Assembly (NCBI GenBank): GCA_965153355.1
Contig: OZ231126.1
Coordinates: forward strand, 18,662,001-18,726,000
DNA length: 64,000 bases
Source of the DNA: Flaccisagitta enflata
Lineage: Eukaryota
Direction of reading: 5' to 3'
The first letter of the stretch is position 1, and the number at the start of each line of letters is the position of its first letter. The position numbers were made by a program, and so were the translations under genes. Below the pieces are notes generated by a model. That model did no database searches, had not been told where the DNA came from, and saw only the letters and a list, made by a program, of their open reading frames with translations. This document shows positions 1 through 29,500 of the stretch, in pieces.

Positions 1-615
1 CAGTTGGCCGCTTCAATTTCAAATAACGTGTTTGCAATATATCCCTTCGTCCCGCTTACCCAGTATGGAGTAAAAAAAATCATGAAGGTGACCGTTTTCT
101 TAAAATTCCTTCGTCTTACAATTTTTTTTAGCTCTTGAAGTTTCCCACAGAGTTCAATGGGGAAGCTAATTTCCCCATGCTCTTTTGTTGCTAAAGAGAC
201 TAGCAATTGCCATTAAAAATCTCTTATTAAACAAAAATCATCCATTAAACAAAGACGTAAATGTTGTGGGTCTCGCCTGTTACACAGATGTATGGCCTAG
301 ATAACGTTCAGGAAGTTGTTTATGGTTTCACGAGCAAACTGTAGCCTGACAGTATCTCCCACAGCATTTTGCAAATTAGGACATAAAAGAAGGCTGTTGA
401 AAAAATGGAAGATAAACTATTTATGGAAAAAGAAAAACGGTCAGGGTTTTAAAATTAGTTCCTCCATTCTGGGTAAGCGGAACGAGAAGAAATTCAAAAC
501 CTTTACTATGTGAAGCGCCCAACCGGGGCCTGTCTCTCTCATCCCATATTTATTAATCATTTTGCAATATGCATGGTTTCCTTTTTTCGCTCTACGCATG
601 TCATTTCTTTGATAG

Positions 616-16612
<15,997 letters not shown>

Positions 16613-17389
16613 TCTCGGATTACATCTCTTGAATCGTCAATTCGTTAGTTTAAAAAAAACGCCGTCGTCGACAAACAAGCGCGCATTTTTCGTCTACACG
16701 TGTGTTTGAACTTCCGCGCGACGGTAGCGCCGCGATCGCGAACGACGCTGATTCCTCCCATTCGAGTCCACCACGACTTCTGAATACTTCTTTAAATGTG
16801 TAAAGAAATGAAAGCTTCACGTAATGTATTTACCAAACAGTGACATGGCTTTCCTCTTTTTTTCCGAGCTCGGAACTCATTTCGCGCGAGAGAAAGCTAG
16901 CTCGAGACTAGTAGTAGTAAGCAAAAGCGAATGTCCCTCGGACGAGGGGAATCCTATCGAGGTATTTACGTTGAGAAAGGTTAGATTATATAAATGTATT
17001 CTTGGCGTGAAGCAAACTGTTCATTCAGATATTTGATATTGCTGCCGCTCCAAATCTGCAGCTTTACGGCTATAGCTATTGTTATCTTTCAATCGTTTTT
17101 TGAAAACCTACAGCTGTCGACAAAGCAGGTTTTATTGAATTAATGTGAGGAAAAGGATTTTACAAAAAAAAAACCCTGAAGTTATCGCCAAAGGAAAAAT
17201 TTGAACAAAAATCGCAAATTTGATACTAGTTATGTCATGACTTTTGAAGACGAGTTCACATTTGGAGACAATATCTTTAGTGTGGGGAACGAGTGGGGTC
17301 AGGGGTTAAAAGGAGGGGCCGGGGTTCATCGGACATTTTGACAGGGAATGTAAGGCAATAAAACTCGCTTGAAAAAAAAACGTTTTTTT

Positions 17390-18634
17390 GTCCTCGACGA
17401 TCAGTTTACGTCGAGGACTATAACATAGCCTTGATCGTGTAGTGAGTCGTTGTGTGTCTGTGTGTGTCAACCCTTAAAAACTTGGGAACCAGTACTCAGA
17501 TATTGATGAAACTTGGTCAGTGTTATTGTTAGGGCATTACTAATCTGTGTACCAACTTTCAACAACATTCATAAATATTTAATACCCTTTGCCTATTATT
17601 TTTGTAGTAATATTAATTCCTGGACTTGTGCAATTTACATAGGGGAAGGGTAGTAAAGGTTCACCAATGTTGTTCAAACTTGTTGTGAAGGTTTATTGCA
17701 TCAATTAAAGCTCCCCTGCAAGATTTCAGATAATTCTGAGTATTGGTTTAGAAGATATAGGTATTTTGCTAGCAATATTGATTCCTAGACTTGTGCAATT
17801 GAAGTTAATCACCAATGTTGGAACTGTTTGAATTTTGAAAATTTCAAAATTCTTATTTTAAGAAAATATGTATTTATGATGTATCTTACACTGCTAAATG
17901 TTAAAAATTTTTGAAAAATTTAATTTTTTTTTGAAAATTTTTGAAATTTTTTTTTGAAAAATTTTTAAAAAATTTTTTGAAAATTTTTCAAAATTTTTTT
18001 TTTTTTTTGTGAAGGGTCATTGCATCAGATTAAAGCTCCCCTGGAGTAGCCGGGTCAGACTGAGTGGTCAGACTGAGTAGCCGGGTCAGACTGAGAAAGA
18101 CTGAGTAGGGTCAGACTGAGTAGCCGGGTCAGACTGAGTAGCCGGGTCAGACTGAGTAGCCGGGTCAGACTGAGTAGCTGGAGACTGAGTTTTTTTTTCA
18201 ACTTTGGGTCAGACTAGTAGCCGGGTCAGATGAGTAGCCGGGTCAGACTGAGTTTGGGTCAGACTGAGTATCAGACTGAGTAGCTGGGTCAGACTGAGTA
18301 GCCGGGTCAGACTGAGTAGCCGGGTCAGACTGGGTCAGACTGAGTAGCCGGGTCAGACTGAGTAGCCGGGTCAGACTGAGTAGCCGGGTCAGACTGAGTA
18401 GCCGGGTCAGACTGAGTAGCCGGGTCAGACTGAGTAGCCGGGTCAGACTGAGTAGCCGGGTCAGACTGAGTAGCCGGGTCAGACTGAGTAGCCGGGTCAG
18501 ACTGAGTAGCCGGGTCAGACTGAGTAGCCGGGTCAGACTGAGTAGCCGGGTCAGACTGAGTAGCCGGGTCAGACTGAGTAGCCGGGTCAGACTGAGTAGC
18601 CGGGTCGGACACCAAATAGACTACAGTCGAGGAC
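17390..18634 (+). mobile_element. HINE/DINE-like element with a central 18-bp satellite
   Basis: 5' GTCCTCGAC with nearby inverted copy gtcgaggac, and 3' GTCGAGGAC. Follows a T-run. Body shares ccctttgcctattatttttgtagtaatatt with the elements at 52.9-57.1 kb. Confidence 0.65.
18044..18606. repeat. Tandem array of the 18-mer GAGTAGCCGGGTCAGACT
   Basis: About 30 head-to-tail units, degenerate at the left and near-perfect at the right; no spacers. Confidence 0.95.
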
Positions 18635-19766
18635 TGTTGTTTTTAAGCTTTTTTTTACCTGTTTTCTTTTTTTTTTTGGCTTTTTAAAAGAAATTTTGAA
18701 AAAACCCGAGTTTTTTCAAATAAAATTTTTATATGATTGTGCGCTGCTTAAAAGCATTTGTTTTCATAAAATATAGTTTTTCCCTATTTTAATTTCTTAT
18801 CACTTTAACAGCAAATTGTTGAACTTTTTCTGATACTGACATACTACAGATCAAACTAATGATATCTCTCTTGTCATGCTCAGGATCATGACCTCAGCAA
18901 TGTTTTGGCGACCAGGACTCATGAGTGTATGGCTCAATTCTTTCAATGTTAAGTTCAACCTGATGGGGACACTTATGAAGTTCCTAAAGAATTCTCATCT
19001 TGCTAGCTCGATACTATCTGTGAAATTCACCGATCCAAATAATTCATTAGCTCCATACTCTCCAGTTACACTTCGATTTAGTGAGATCGAGAAAACATGG
19101 CTAGCGGTAGTAGATGATCGTCTTGTAAAAAACTTAATCAGAAACGGTTTTAAAACAAGAAGAATTGTGTTTGTGTAATTCACATGAAGCAATATTATGC
19201 ATACATCAGTTTGCCTATTACATCAATTAAGTATCCCTATTTTATGAACCCTCTTTTATTGAACATGAATATATCCCAGTTTAGAACGTTTTTACAGTAG
19301 CACACAATCAACTTTTGAAAGAAACCTGGATTTTGAAAAAAAAACCTGATAAAACCCGGGTTTTTTTTAAAAAAAAACTGGCTTCTTTCGGGTTTTTTTT
19401 TCAAAATTTTGTTTTTGTTTACATTCCCTTTATTTTGAATCCTTCCTTTTCCATTGTCAATGATTCTCAAAAAATACGAAGAATACATGTAGGTAAATTT
19501 CCAAAATGAGGCAAGCTCGGTGACTCAGACGGTGATGCCTATCTACTGAAAACCATGATTTGGAGGTAGCTAAATGTTAGTTTGGTTTCGGATAAATAAT
19601 ATTTTTCACAATTATGACTATGGCTCCAGAAAAATATAGTATTTGTCACTTTCCAGGGTAGTGTTGGCAAACTGCTCCATCAGATTCTCATAAGCCAAGC
19701 TCTTTGGGACCGTTGATATTCTTTCATTGTGCTGTCATGTTCTAAATTGGTCAGTGTTCAACGCCG

Positions 19767-22700
19767 TCACGAAACTTCATCCATTTTGGTTTTGCCCTTA
19801 GTTGACCTCAAGGCAGCTTTGAGCGTTTCAGTCTCTTTTGTTACCCGGGCCAGTTCTTTGGACAGTTCATCCAGTTGCTTTTGTCGCTCCCTTGAGTGGA
19901 AGATAAAATTTACGATTTCATTTTTTGTATGCTGGCATTTTCGTCAATCTCTTACCACTCTATGTACGAGGTACGTGGGAAGCATCTGCTCATAGTTCGG
20001 GAGTTACTACCGAGATTTTTCATCCATGGTCTTTTCCAATTGACACTTCAGTAACTCCAGTTTTTCGTCTCTGGAACTCAATTCTCTTTGGTGTTCTTGC
20101 TTGATCGAGGCCAACTCCTGGTTAAAAGAAAAAAGAAATAAATGAAGAGAAGGGCAGTGACTTTAGATCAATTTTCTCATGTTTCCCTTTGGAAGTTTAC
20201 GATTTTTTCTGATTTCCATTTGGTTTTCGACCGAACATACTTTTTGATGCGCGAGGAACATATCATCGACCCTCTGCACTCTCCGTGCTAGTTTTTCTTT
20301 GAGCGACTCAATTTCCGTCTGGGCGCTCTCATACGCCTTTTCCATGGCATTGTACCCGGCTGTCTGTGGAAGTAAGAAAATGATTGACGCTCATGGTTTT
20401 CATCACGCATTGAGACACTGGCTAACACTTAAATCAAATTGGCTTATCCTTGATCTGTCAAACATTTACCAGTTCTTCAATACGTTTGTTAGCAGCCCTC
20501 AATTCCTCGTCCTTTTCTTGTATGGTGGCCTTCAGTTCCAAATTTTGCTTTTCTATGGACGCTTTGAACTTTTTCCACGTGTTCTCCCTTTCCTTGGCAT
20601 CTCTAAGTTGCAATTCACAGAAGCTGTGTAGATCTATGGGGAAAACCAAAGGGTTATTGTCACCAGTTAGTCAATCGCCTTTTTCATCCCATGTGTCAAA
20701 AGTTAGGTACCAGAACAAGAGCGAGGGATGCTCAATAAGCAATGAGAGAATACATTATGAATTGCTGTTATAGTTTCTGGCTATGATTAATGGTTTATCA
20801 TTAACCTTCTGTATGAGACGCATTTGATCCAGTTTCTACTAAGCGAACGTGAATGGTTGGTTTCTTCTCCTCGCGGATTGGAGGTGTTGGAACCCTCATC
20901 GCAAGTCCCTCCAATTCAAAGTCTGAAGAGGAATTTTGGATTCCGTTTAATTATTTTGAGCTTCAACGATATGTATTTAGATCGCTTGTGGCCAAAACAA
21001 GGCCAACACCTTACAGTCGCGTGCGGTTGTTTAGACCATAAGATCAAAGGACCAAAAGACTAAAACACTAAATGTAAAATGACTTAGAATGACTTAAAAT
21101 GTCAAAATTTGAAATAATGAAAAAAAATGACTAGTCATGACATAAAATGACTTAAAATGACTTAGAATGGCTTAAAATGACGTAGAATAGCTTGAAATTA
21201 CGTAAAACTTTGAAAAATACAAAGCGTTACGGATGGACGGACCGACAGATGGACAGAGCGGGTCATGGAGTCGCGTGCACTTACAAACTTATATACTGAA
21301 AAACCTGAATCCAAGTCGGAAATTGTGACAGGGGGAAGTTTGAGTCTGCTCTGCTTTTGACGTTCTCCTCTCGATGACTGACTCTGCCGTCGCAAATTAT
21401 CTCGATTGGCCGTGTTGGGAGCCCCGATCGACGCCGAATGAGACCCGAGGCGCCGAACAACCTAAAAGTTTGGTGAGCTTGTCAATTTCAAGTTCCACCA
21501 TGGTTGAGAATTATGATCTTTAAAGCGATGATCGCTATTTTTGGCTGAAATTTGGTATGGAGTCTCTAAATGGAAGGCCTCAACATATGTATATGATTTA
21601 TATGCATTTGAGCATGCTAACCAGCCAAACCGACCTACCAGCCAACCGGCCCAAAAGTGAAAAACTTGCATAACTTTGGCATTTTTCAACTAATTTGGTT
21701 GAAACTTGGTATTGGGTCTCTAAATGGAAGCCTCAACATATGCGCACTATTTATCCTGTCAAACCAGCCTACCACCCAACCAGCCTACCGGCCTAAAAGT
21801 GAAAAACGTGCATAACTTTGGCATTTTTCAACCGATTTGGTTGAAATTTGGTATGGAGTCTCTAAATGGAAGGACTCAACATGTGTATGTGATTTATATG
21901 CATTCGAGCATGCTAACCAGCCAAACCGACCTACCACTCAACCAGCCAACCGGCCCAAAAGTGAAAAACTTACTTAACTTTGTCATTTTTCAACTAATTT
22001 GGTTGAAACTTGGTATGGGGTCTCTAAATGGAAGAACTCAACATATGCGCACTATTTATCCTGTCAAACCAGCCTACCACCCAACCAGCCTACCAACCAA
22101 AAAGTGATAAATGTGCATATCTTTGGCGTTTTTCAACCAATTTGGTTGAAATTTGGTATGGAGTCTCTAAATGGAAGGACTCAACACATGTATGTGATTT
22201 ATTTATGTTTGAGCATGCTAACCGGCCAAACCAACCTACCACCCAACCAGCTTACCGGCCTAAAAGTAAAAACTTACATAAATTGGACATTTTTCAACCA
22301 AATGGGTTGAAACTTGGTATGGAGTCTCTAAATGGAAGAACTCAACATACGCACACTATTTATCTAAACCAGCCTACCAACCAACCACCCTACTAGCCTA
22401 AAAGTGAAAAACGTGCATAACTTTGTCATTTTTCAACGGATTTGCATGAAACTTTGTATGGCGGCTCTAAATGTAAAGACTTATAGTTTTGGGCGAACTT
22501 ACAGGGTTAGCGATCTTTTGGTCATAGCGATCTTACGGAATTGGTGATCTTTAACCCCCTTCCGTCGCGGACCCAGATACTGTTCAGATTTTTCTATCAC
22601 AAGTAAGAACGCCTCTTTCTCCCCCTTCCCCCCAAAAAAGACTGGAATGACGACGGAAAGCAAGTATTTTTCAAATCGCCAGCTGAATACAGCAGAATTA

Positions 22701-23048
22701 TGAACAATTGAATTGCGAAGGCGTTTAATTTTCATAGTTAATAATGATGCAGTTAAATCCCGCATTAATGAATGTCAAGGGATTAATAAATTTTATTTAT
22801 TATTGGTTGATTTCTGTTTTTGCCAGTATAGAAATTTGAAGAGATCGTGATTATAAGGTGTTAGTTTTGATATTGATCTGTTTAAGGTGGATTTCGGTCA
22901 AAGCGGGGTTTAACTGTATCTGAAAATGCTCTTCTTTTTGTGACCATCTCTCGAATATCACTGAAAGATGAAGTGGTAGTCTTACCCCAACAGTGTTGTC
23001 AGCGGATTGATTGCCTATTTTTCTGGTTTCTGTCAGTTTTGATGACAT
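19767..23048 (-). CDS. Uncharacterised ~284-aa coiled-coil protein; exons 23048-22986, 21461-21305, 20922-20806, 20633-20470, 20363-20241, 20117-20011, 19890-19767
   Basis: Seven GT-AG, phase-compatible exons sum to 855 nt. The C-terminal half is heptad-rich (ELQLRDAKERENTWKKFKASIEKQNLELKATIQEKDEEL...SRERQKQLDELSKELARVTKETETLK). The start codon and the donor at 21305 are uncertain. Confidence 0.7.
21540..22572 (+). mobile_element. Array of ~160-bp repeats ending in the HINE-like 3' terminus GTCGCGGAC
   Basis: About 6 units containing ttggttgaaa(t/c)ttggtatggagtctctaaatggaag and ccagcctacc. Same family as 40634-42483. Confidence 0.7.
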
Positions 23049-23339
23049 CTGGACATCGTCCAAACTCTTGCTTAAGCTAAGATAAAGCCAGCCTGTTATT
23101 ACTTGACGCTATCATTCCATCTTATACCCCTGGCCTGGGTTATAGCCTCTGGCTTGGTATCATAGCCTAGCAACTGATCCTTTTTGGCAAGGAATGGATA
23201 TAATTGATTTTGGGTGAATGTTGATCTCCAGATGAGCTTTTCTTGTAAGTTGTAAGGGGCCTGTAAGTTAACGATTTTGTTCTGATTTTGTCAATAAGTG
23301 GAAGTTTAACGTGCTATTGAAGCCTGTGATCCAGAAAAC

Positions 23340-23505
23340 TGCCAACAAAACGACAACTTACCGCGCGCATGCGCTATGATCTCCACTTCCAACCTCCCTC
23401 AAACAGATCCTCAATCTTCAAAAATTACCTTGGCCAATCAATGTGACGCGGCAAGTGTCATTAACTGTTGTGATCATAAACTTTGAATGAAAAAAATTGA
23501 CAGAA
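23340..23505. promoter_or_regulatory. Probable bidirectional promoter of the coiled-coil gene and VAP, with an NRF1/Ewg-type palindrome GCGCATGCGC and a CCAAT box
   Basis: A minus-strand GTAAGT donor at 23361 lies ~145 bp from the VAP ATG at 23506. GCGCATGCGC at 23365-23374; ggCCAATca at ~23432-23440. Confidence 0.5.
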
Positions 23506-26500
23506 ATGGCGAAGCAGGATCAAGTCATTATCTTGGAACCCAGTGCTGAATTACGATTTAGAGGTATGTTCAGAAACAATAGATTAAACCCGGGGGCCAA
23601 TTAGTCAATGTGACCCAAGGGCGTTTCTGCCATTGAGTTATCGCTGAGGGTTAATATTTGACTTTGGAGCTTAAATCTGGGGGTTCTCTCCATGATCTGG
23701 AATCTCTAGGGCGCTAAGGGTAAGTTAGTTTCCCTCAAAATCTTGGTTCAGGGGGCAAGTATGATAAATTTATGTGATGGCCTCAAAATCAATCTCATGA
23801 CAATCGTTCATTCGAAAATCTAGTCTAGGAGGTAGGGGTGAGGCTGAAAATGGGTCCTAACCGCTATAGCGCACCCACTTTTAAGGCATACCCGCCGCGA
23901 AGAAGTCGCTGTATCATCAGACATTTTAATGATTTTATTATATTTTTATATTTACAGTAAGGCCGCCTCCCCAAAGGCATAGTCGCCTATAAGTCGATAT
24001 GCCATCAGACATTTTATCGTCATTTCTATACATGGCAATGACGCAGCTTCCCTTTAAGGCATGGTTTTGTCTAGGCCTTAGCGTGCGCGCCATAGCGTCA
24101 TCCTTTATCACTGGTCATTTTTCATGTGACCCGTTCTAGCCCTAATTGACTCCTTTCATCGTCCTTCCGATTGCTTTATTTTATCACTCTTCTCTTCCTT
24201 ACAAGGTCCATTCACCGAAGTCGTCACGGCCTGTTTGACATTGACCAACCCGACAGAAAAGAAAATATGTTTCAAGGTAAGATTAAAAGCAGATAGCGGA
24301 AAAAGACGAAATTCGTTATTTTGACTTGTTGACAGGCGTGTATAAAGTTGAGCATTCCCCCCCCCCCGGGTTTGGAGATGGGGAAGAAAACCTAAGGGTT
24401 GAAGGAAGAAAAAAACAATTTTAGAAGATTTAACACTTTTGACAGTGCCGAAAGAGTATTTGACACTTCTGACAATATTTACTTAAACTCTATGGGGTAG
24501 AAAATCTAACAATTTTTCAACTGGGTGGGGAAGGAAATCAAAGACCAGGGAGGAAAGAAATCAAAAGCGGCTCAACTTTACTATACATCCCGGCTTTTTG
24601 ACTTGAGCTAGTGGTACGCCTCAAAGACGAAATTTCAGCTTTTTAGATGCGTCCTTCACCCTGATCAGGATATGGTAATTGAATCGCTTATAGCCTTGAT
24701 GCCATAAAAATGGAAGTCTTTGTTTGTTGTTTTTATTGACAAAAATTCGAAGAAAATATTTTTTGCAATTTTTTATATGCTTTTCAAGTAATTGAGTGTT
24801 CATTTCAGGTCTTGGTTGCAAAGTAAATCATCCTACTGCCCCAATCTTTTTGATTTAATATAGGGTAAAAGTAAGCGCATTTTTGCGCCATTTTCCTGGA
24901 AGTCTAAAAACTGTCTTTTTGAGTCTATTCTGTTTTCTAATGCTTTTGTTTTAACTTATACATGAGCGTCAAAACCTGGAACTAAATCATAGATTGTAAA
25001 ATAATTCAACTTTACTTATTTTCTTTCAAAAACAATAGTTCAAAGCCATAAATGAGTCTATTACCTAAAACCATATTAATGTGGAAAGGGTGCCTTGCAT
25101 CTGTATAAGTGGGTGTGTTCTTGGGTACAAAAGGAAAATTTTAAGGTTTTCTCTTCATATCTTCATATCTTCATCTCTTTGTATCTTTATATTCTTTATC
25201 TCAAGAGGACGCATCTCAATGATTGGGAATCTCGGAAAAAATGAATGATTCTCTGCACGATTTTGTTTTTCTCTCCGAATCCTCCGCCAGAGCGAATTTG
25301 ATTCAAATAGCTTCGGGCCGTAATACATAAAACCCAGCCAACCCTTAGCCGTAAAGCTAACCCTGTCCCTAACCCTAACTCTAAAACTATATCCAACTCT
25401 AACCCTAACCCTAAACCCACCCCTAACCCTAATTTAAAGAACCGCTTAAAAAGTCTTAAAAACAAAAGATCACAGATGATCGTACAATTGTACCGGAATC
25501 TCTTGGCCTTGTTCTAAGGGTCGAGAGGATCTTATCACTATAGCTGTATCAAATATTTTAAAAAGAACTTCCCTTACTGGCAAGTGTCACGCTTCGGCAG
25601 CAAGCAAGGGTGCCCGACTCTCCAACATCTTAAAGAGTTACCAGGCTTGAGCTATGGCTTTGAACTATGAATCAATGGTTTGATGTCATCCCTAATAGTC
25701 AGGTGTATATTGTCAAACCTATTATTGAGACACTCGTGACCCCTAGGGGGCCCTTAATTAGGGTCAAATGGTCAAATTTGGCTTGTCTCCTGCTTGTCTC
25801 CACATGAAAAGTGCAAGCAGAAGCAATCAAAAAATGTCTAAAGGGGCCATATCATGACTCCTTATCATTTATCATCAATCACTTGAAACATACAAAAAAT
25901 TTGTTTGAGCTCCGTTGACAATAAGTTCCTTAAAAACGGTTTTCTAGCGATCAGTACACCCACTCTATTTTTGAGCAAAATTTAACTCAGATCACAGTAT
26001 ATTGATTATTATTTTTTAAAACTTAACTTTACTTCATTGTTAAGCATATCATGTTTGTTTGTCTGAAAGACAACTACTTGAAGGGCATATTTCCCAAATT
26101 TCATGTTTCCAAGTGGCTCCAAAGCGGCTCAATTGCATTTTTTCTAGAGCGTATCAATTCGCGCACACCCCCAGATTTGTTCCTAACGCATACCTAACGC
26201 TTAAGATATGCCACTATGGCGTGAAAACGAAACAATTTACACAAAATCTGATCACACCACGTGAAAGAGCGTGAAATTTTGAAACTACACTAAAAATTTC
26301 AAGTCTTAACTACCAGACGTTTGGTCACAATGAAATTTTACATTTTGTTGGTCCTGAAGTGTGAACAGAATTGATACGCTCATCGACGGCTCATCGTAGT
26401 TAATTCTTTTTTGCCACACAGCGCTCACAATCATGCGCGATGCTTTTGTGTCTTAATTTGATAAAATTTCTTAAAACTAAAATTGGCATATCTCAGGAAC

Positions 26501-29500
26501 TGTTTGAGCTAGCCCATTGAAATTTTGCATGGTTGGTACCTAGACCAAGAGGGTCTTTTGCTTAAATTCTGATGCGACCTACAGAATGTCAAGCAGTCCA
26601 ACCAGACCAACCAGCCTACCAGATGAAAAAATGAAAAAATGGCATAACTTCTAAAGTAATTGTCCGATTTGGTTGAAATTTTTCATGAAGCTTCCTTTAA
26701 AGATTCCTCGTCACTGGCATAAAAAAGAGCTTGGGGAAAAAATATTTTCTTCCGACAGCCCACCCAGCCAGAAATGGTACTTATAGAGATTTTTTTAAAA
26801 ACTAAAAAAATTCAAAAAAATTTCAGAAACATGATCTTACATGTTTGCTTGAACCTTATCCATAAGATTTTCGCTGTCATATTGATTTCTTAGTTGTATT
26901 TAGCTAAATTGTCTAGTAATAAAATTGCCAACGATATCTATTTAAGCCTAATTTGCATGAAAAATGAGCTTACTTAAGAAAATCCAAGTATGGATTCATA
27001 TGTAAGAATAGGTAAGCTACATGATGATGTATGGTTTTGTTCAATATTCAAACATGTAAATTTGATGAATTTCATCCCGTCCATGTCGGGTTAGCATGAC
27101 ACAAGCCTACTCCGAGTAGTAGTCTGCTAACCTTTTTTTCGAGCAGAAATAGAACATTAGGAAATCAGCAAGCAATACTACTGAATGTTTTATCTCAAGA
27201 TTTGCTTTGTCGAAAAAGGGGAAAATAACCACTCCTGGCGTAAGCCGCGATATATACCGCTGTGACTGTTAGTAGGGCGTTGGGATGGTAACCACATCCT
27301 TATCAGGACTCCCGGTTTACAAAATATTCCACTCTCTACGATACCGATTTCATCCTCTTCTTGTAAATGACTAACTGCTTTTGGGAAAATAATGATCTCT
27401 CTCCTCTTCCTCCTCTCTCTCTTCTCCTCCTCTCCCTCCCCCCCCCCTCTTATCTCTCTCTCTCTTTCTCTCTCTCGCTCACTCACTCACTCACTCACTC
27501 ACTCACTCACTTTCTCTCTCCCTCCTGTTTGTATGATTAGTTCATCACATGAAGGGACATGTTGAAATCAATGATTCGGTTACAGAATCGAAAGAAAAAA
27601 GAAAAATGTAGTCAAGATGTGACCAATGACTTTCGGGGTTGCTATGGCCATCTTATGCGCCGCTGTTTATATCTGGAACATCTTGAACGTGTTGTTTAAC
27701 ATCTGTTTAATCATAATATCTACATATATCTTCATATTTTCAAGGTCAAAACTACCGCGCCCAAGCGGTACTGCGTTCGGCCAAATTCTGGCGTTGTCGA
27801 TCCCAAAGCCTCCGTTGAGGTGGCTGTTATGTTACAACCCTTCGAATATGATCCAGCAGAGAAGAATAAACACAAGTTCATGGTGCAAACAATGTACGCA
27901 CCTGATGGACCATACGACGCAGATACTCTGGTACGTTGAAATGAATAAACTCTGCAAGCTACACTATTCGGTTTTATTCAGTGCATGAAATTTTGACTGA
28001 CAAATTCACATTGTTTTGCGACATTGACCAAGAAATGTTGGTCACGGGATACCGGATTTTTCCTGTTTTTAGCGCCCCTCTTTTTTTTCCTGGAAATAAA
28101 TCGATTTTTACTTTTGGATTTTTTGGTTATTGTTAAAAACAGAGGAGAATTTGATTTTGGTTTATTTTCATTAGTTTCAAAAGATTCAACTAGAATTCAT
28201 TGAAACAATTTAAAGAATATAGAGAGTTTTTATTTGCAAGGGGGATTTAATGTAATGTGACTATCTTTGTTTACAATTTCAAAAGAAAACACGACATGTA
28301 TCTACCCCTCCAGCAACCACATGTCTCGCGTTGGTCAGCTCTATGACGATTACGACATACGCACTCCCTGACTCCTTTAGTTAGGTTGTTCGCCGCCTTC
28401 TTTCTCTGTTGTCAATAATCTGACCCAGTATTTGTGTTTCAGTGGAAAGACGCCAAGTCCGAAGCACTGATGGACTCCAAGTTGAAATGCGTTTTCGAAT
28501 TACCTGCCGCGGAACAAGTAGTTGTTGCGGCAACCGCAAAGGAAGATGCTTCAAGCAATGAGGTACGCCTTAATCTGCCAGATTTAATCTCTCATCTTTT
28601 ACGTATAGCATGATATAGAATCTTCGTCTTTCGTCTTGGTCTGAGCTCTAGTGCCTCCTATCTCTAGATCCTTAGCGGCAGTTCATCCACGGACGACGCG
28701 GCGAGTTGAGACTTGATACACTGTACACTTATACAGTAATTAGTAATCCAGTAAGAGCTTGCCAGTACTAATGCCAGGAAATTTGATATCTAAAAGACCA
28801 ATATAATCAAATAAACAAAGATTGTAGTGCCTTGATAACCTGGGTTTGGACAACGTTATGTTTAGTAGCGATCTGAATGCTCCTAAATACTGTTAAACAT
28901 TGAGGTCACTCCAGCAATGTATAGAAAGTAAAATTAATCATTAGTGCATCTTTGACCAGGCTTCTGCCCGCGCATGCGCAGTGTCATACGATCAACATCG
29001 TCATTCCTATGAAATAAAAACAAATCTTGATTCTTTCGCCCCCATGCAACAATTCATGAATCCTAAAAAATGATAATGAATAAAATAAAAACATCGAATA
29101 TTCATAAATCAAACTAAAAGAAATCGAGCCGGCGTCGTGGTAAATCTGGCACTCGTAATCATCGTCGACGGCGCACACCTGATGCCGATGACGAGGATGA
29201 TGACACCACGGTAAAATAAGTATATTCGGTTCTTATGCAATTGGTAGAAGATTTTATCCTTTCGGGAGAGTGCTGAACATTCCTGAATGCATTTTACAGA
29301 CGTCGAGAGAGACTCCGACGACGGCAAAAATGGCCGAAGAATCGGAAAATGCGAGTTTTGCCGACACGTCCTCTTCCTCCTCATATTCCACCGAAATCGA
29401 AACTCTGAAATTGACCGTCTCTCATCTGAGCGAAAGCCTCGCCGAAACCAAGATCAAAGTCGCCGACATGGAGGAACATAAAATAGGATTAGAGGGTGAA

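Noticed and set aside
18044-18615. SDPATQ-repeat ORF and CRISPR-like appearance
   Set aside because: Head-to-tail 18-mer with no unique spacers, inside a non-autonomous element in eukaryotic DNA. The ORF is a by-product of the repeat.
18860-19192. Possible transposase remnant between AAAACCC-rich flanks
   Set aside because: No recognisable catalytic or dimerisation motif in any frame, and termini could not be defined.
25340-25432. CCCTAA telomere-like repeats
   Set aside because: Short, degenerate and intronic; no evidence of a chromosome end or fusion.
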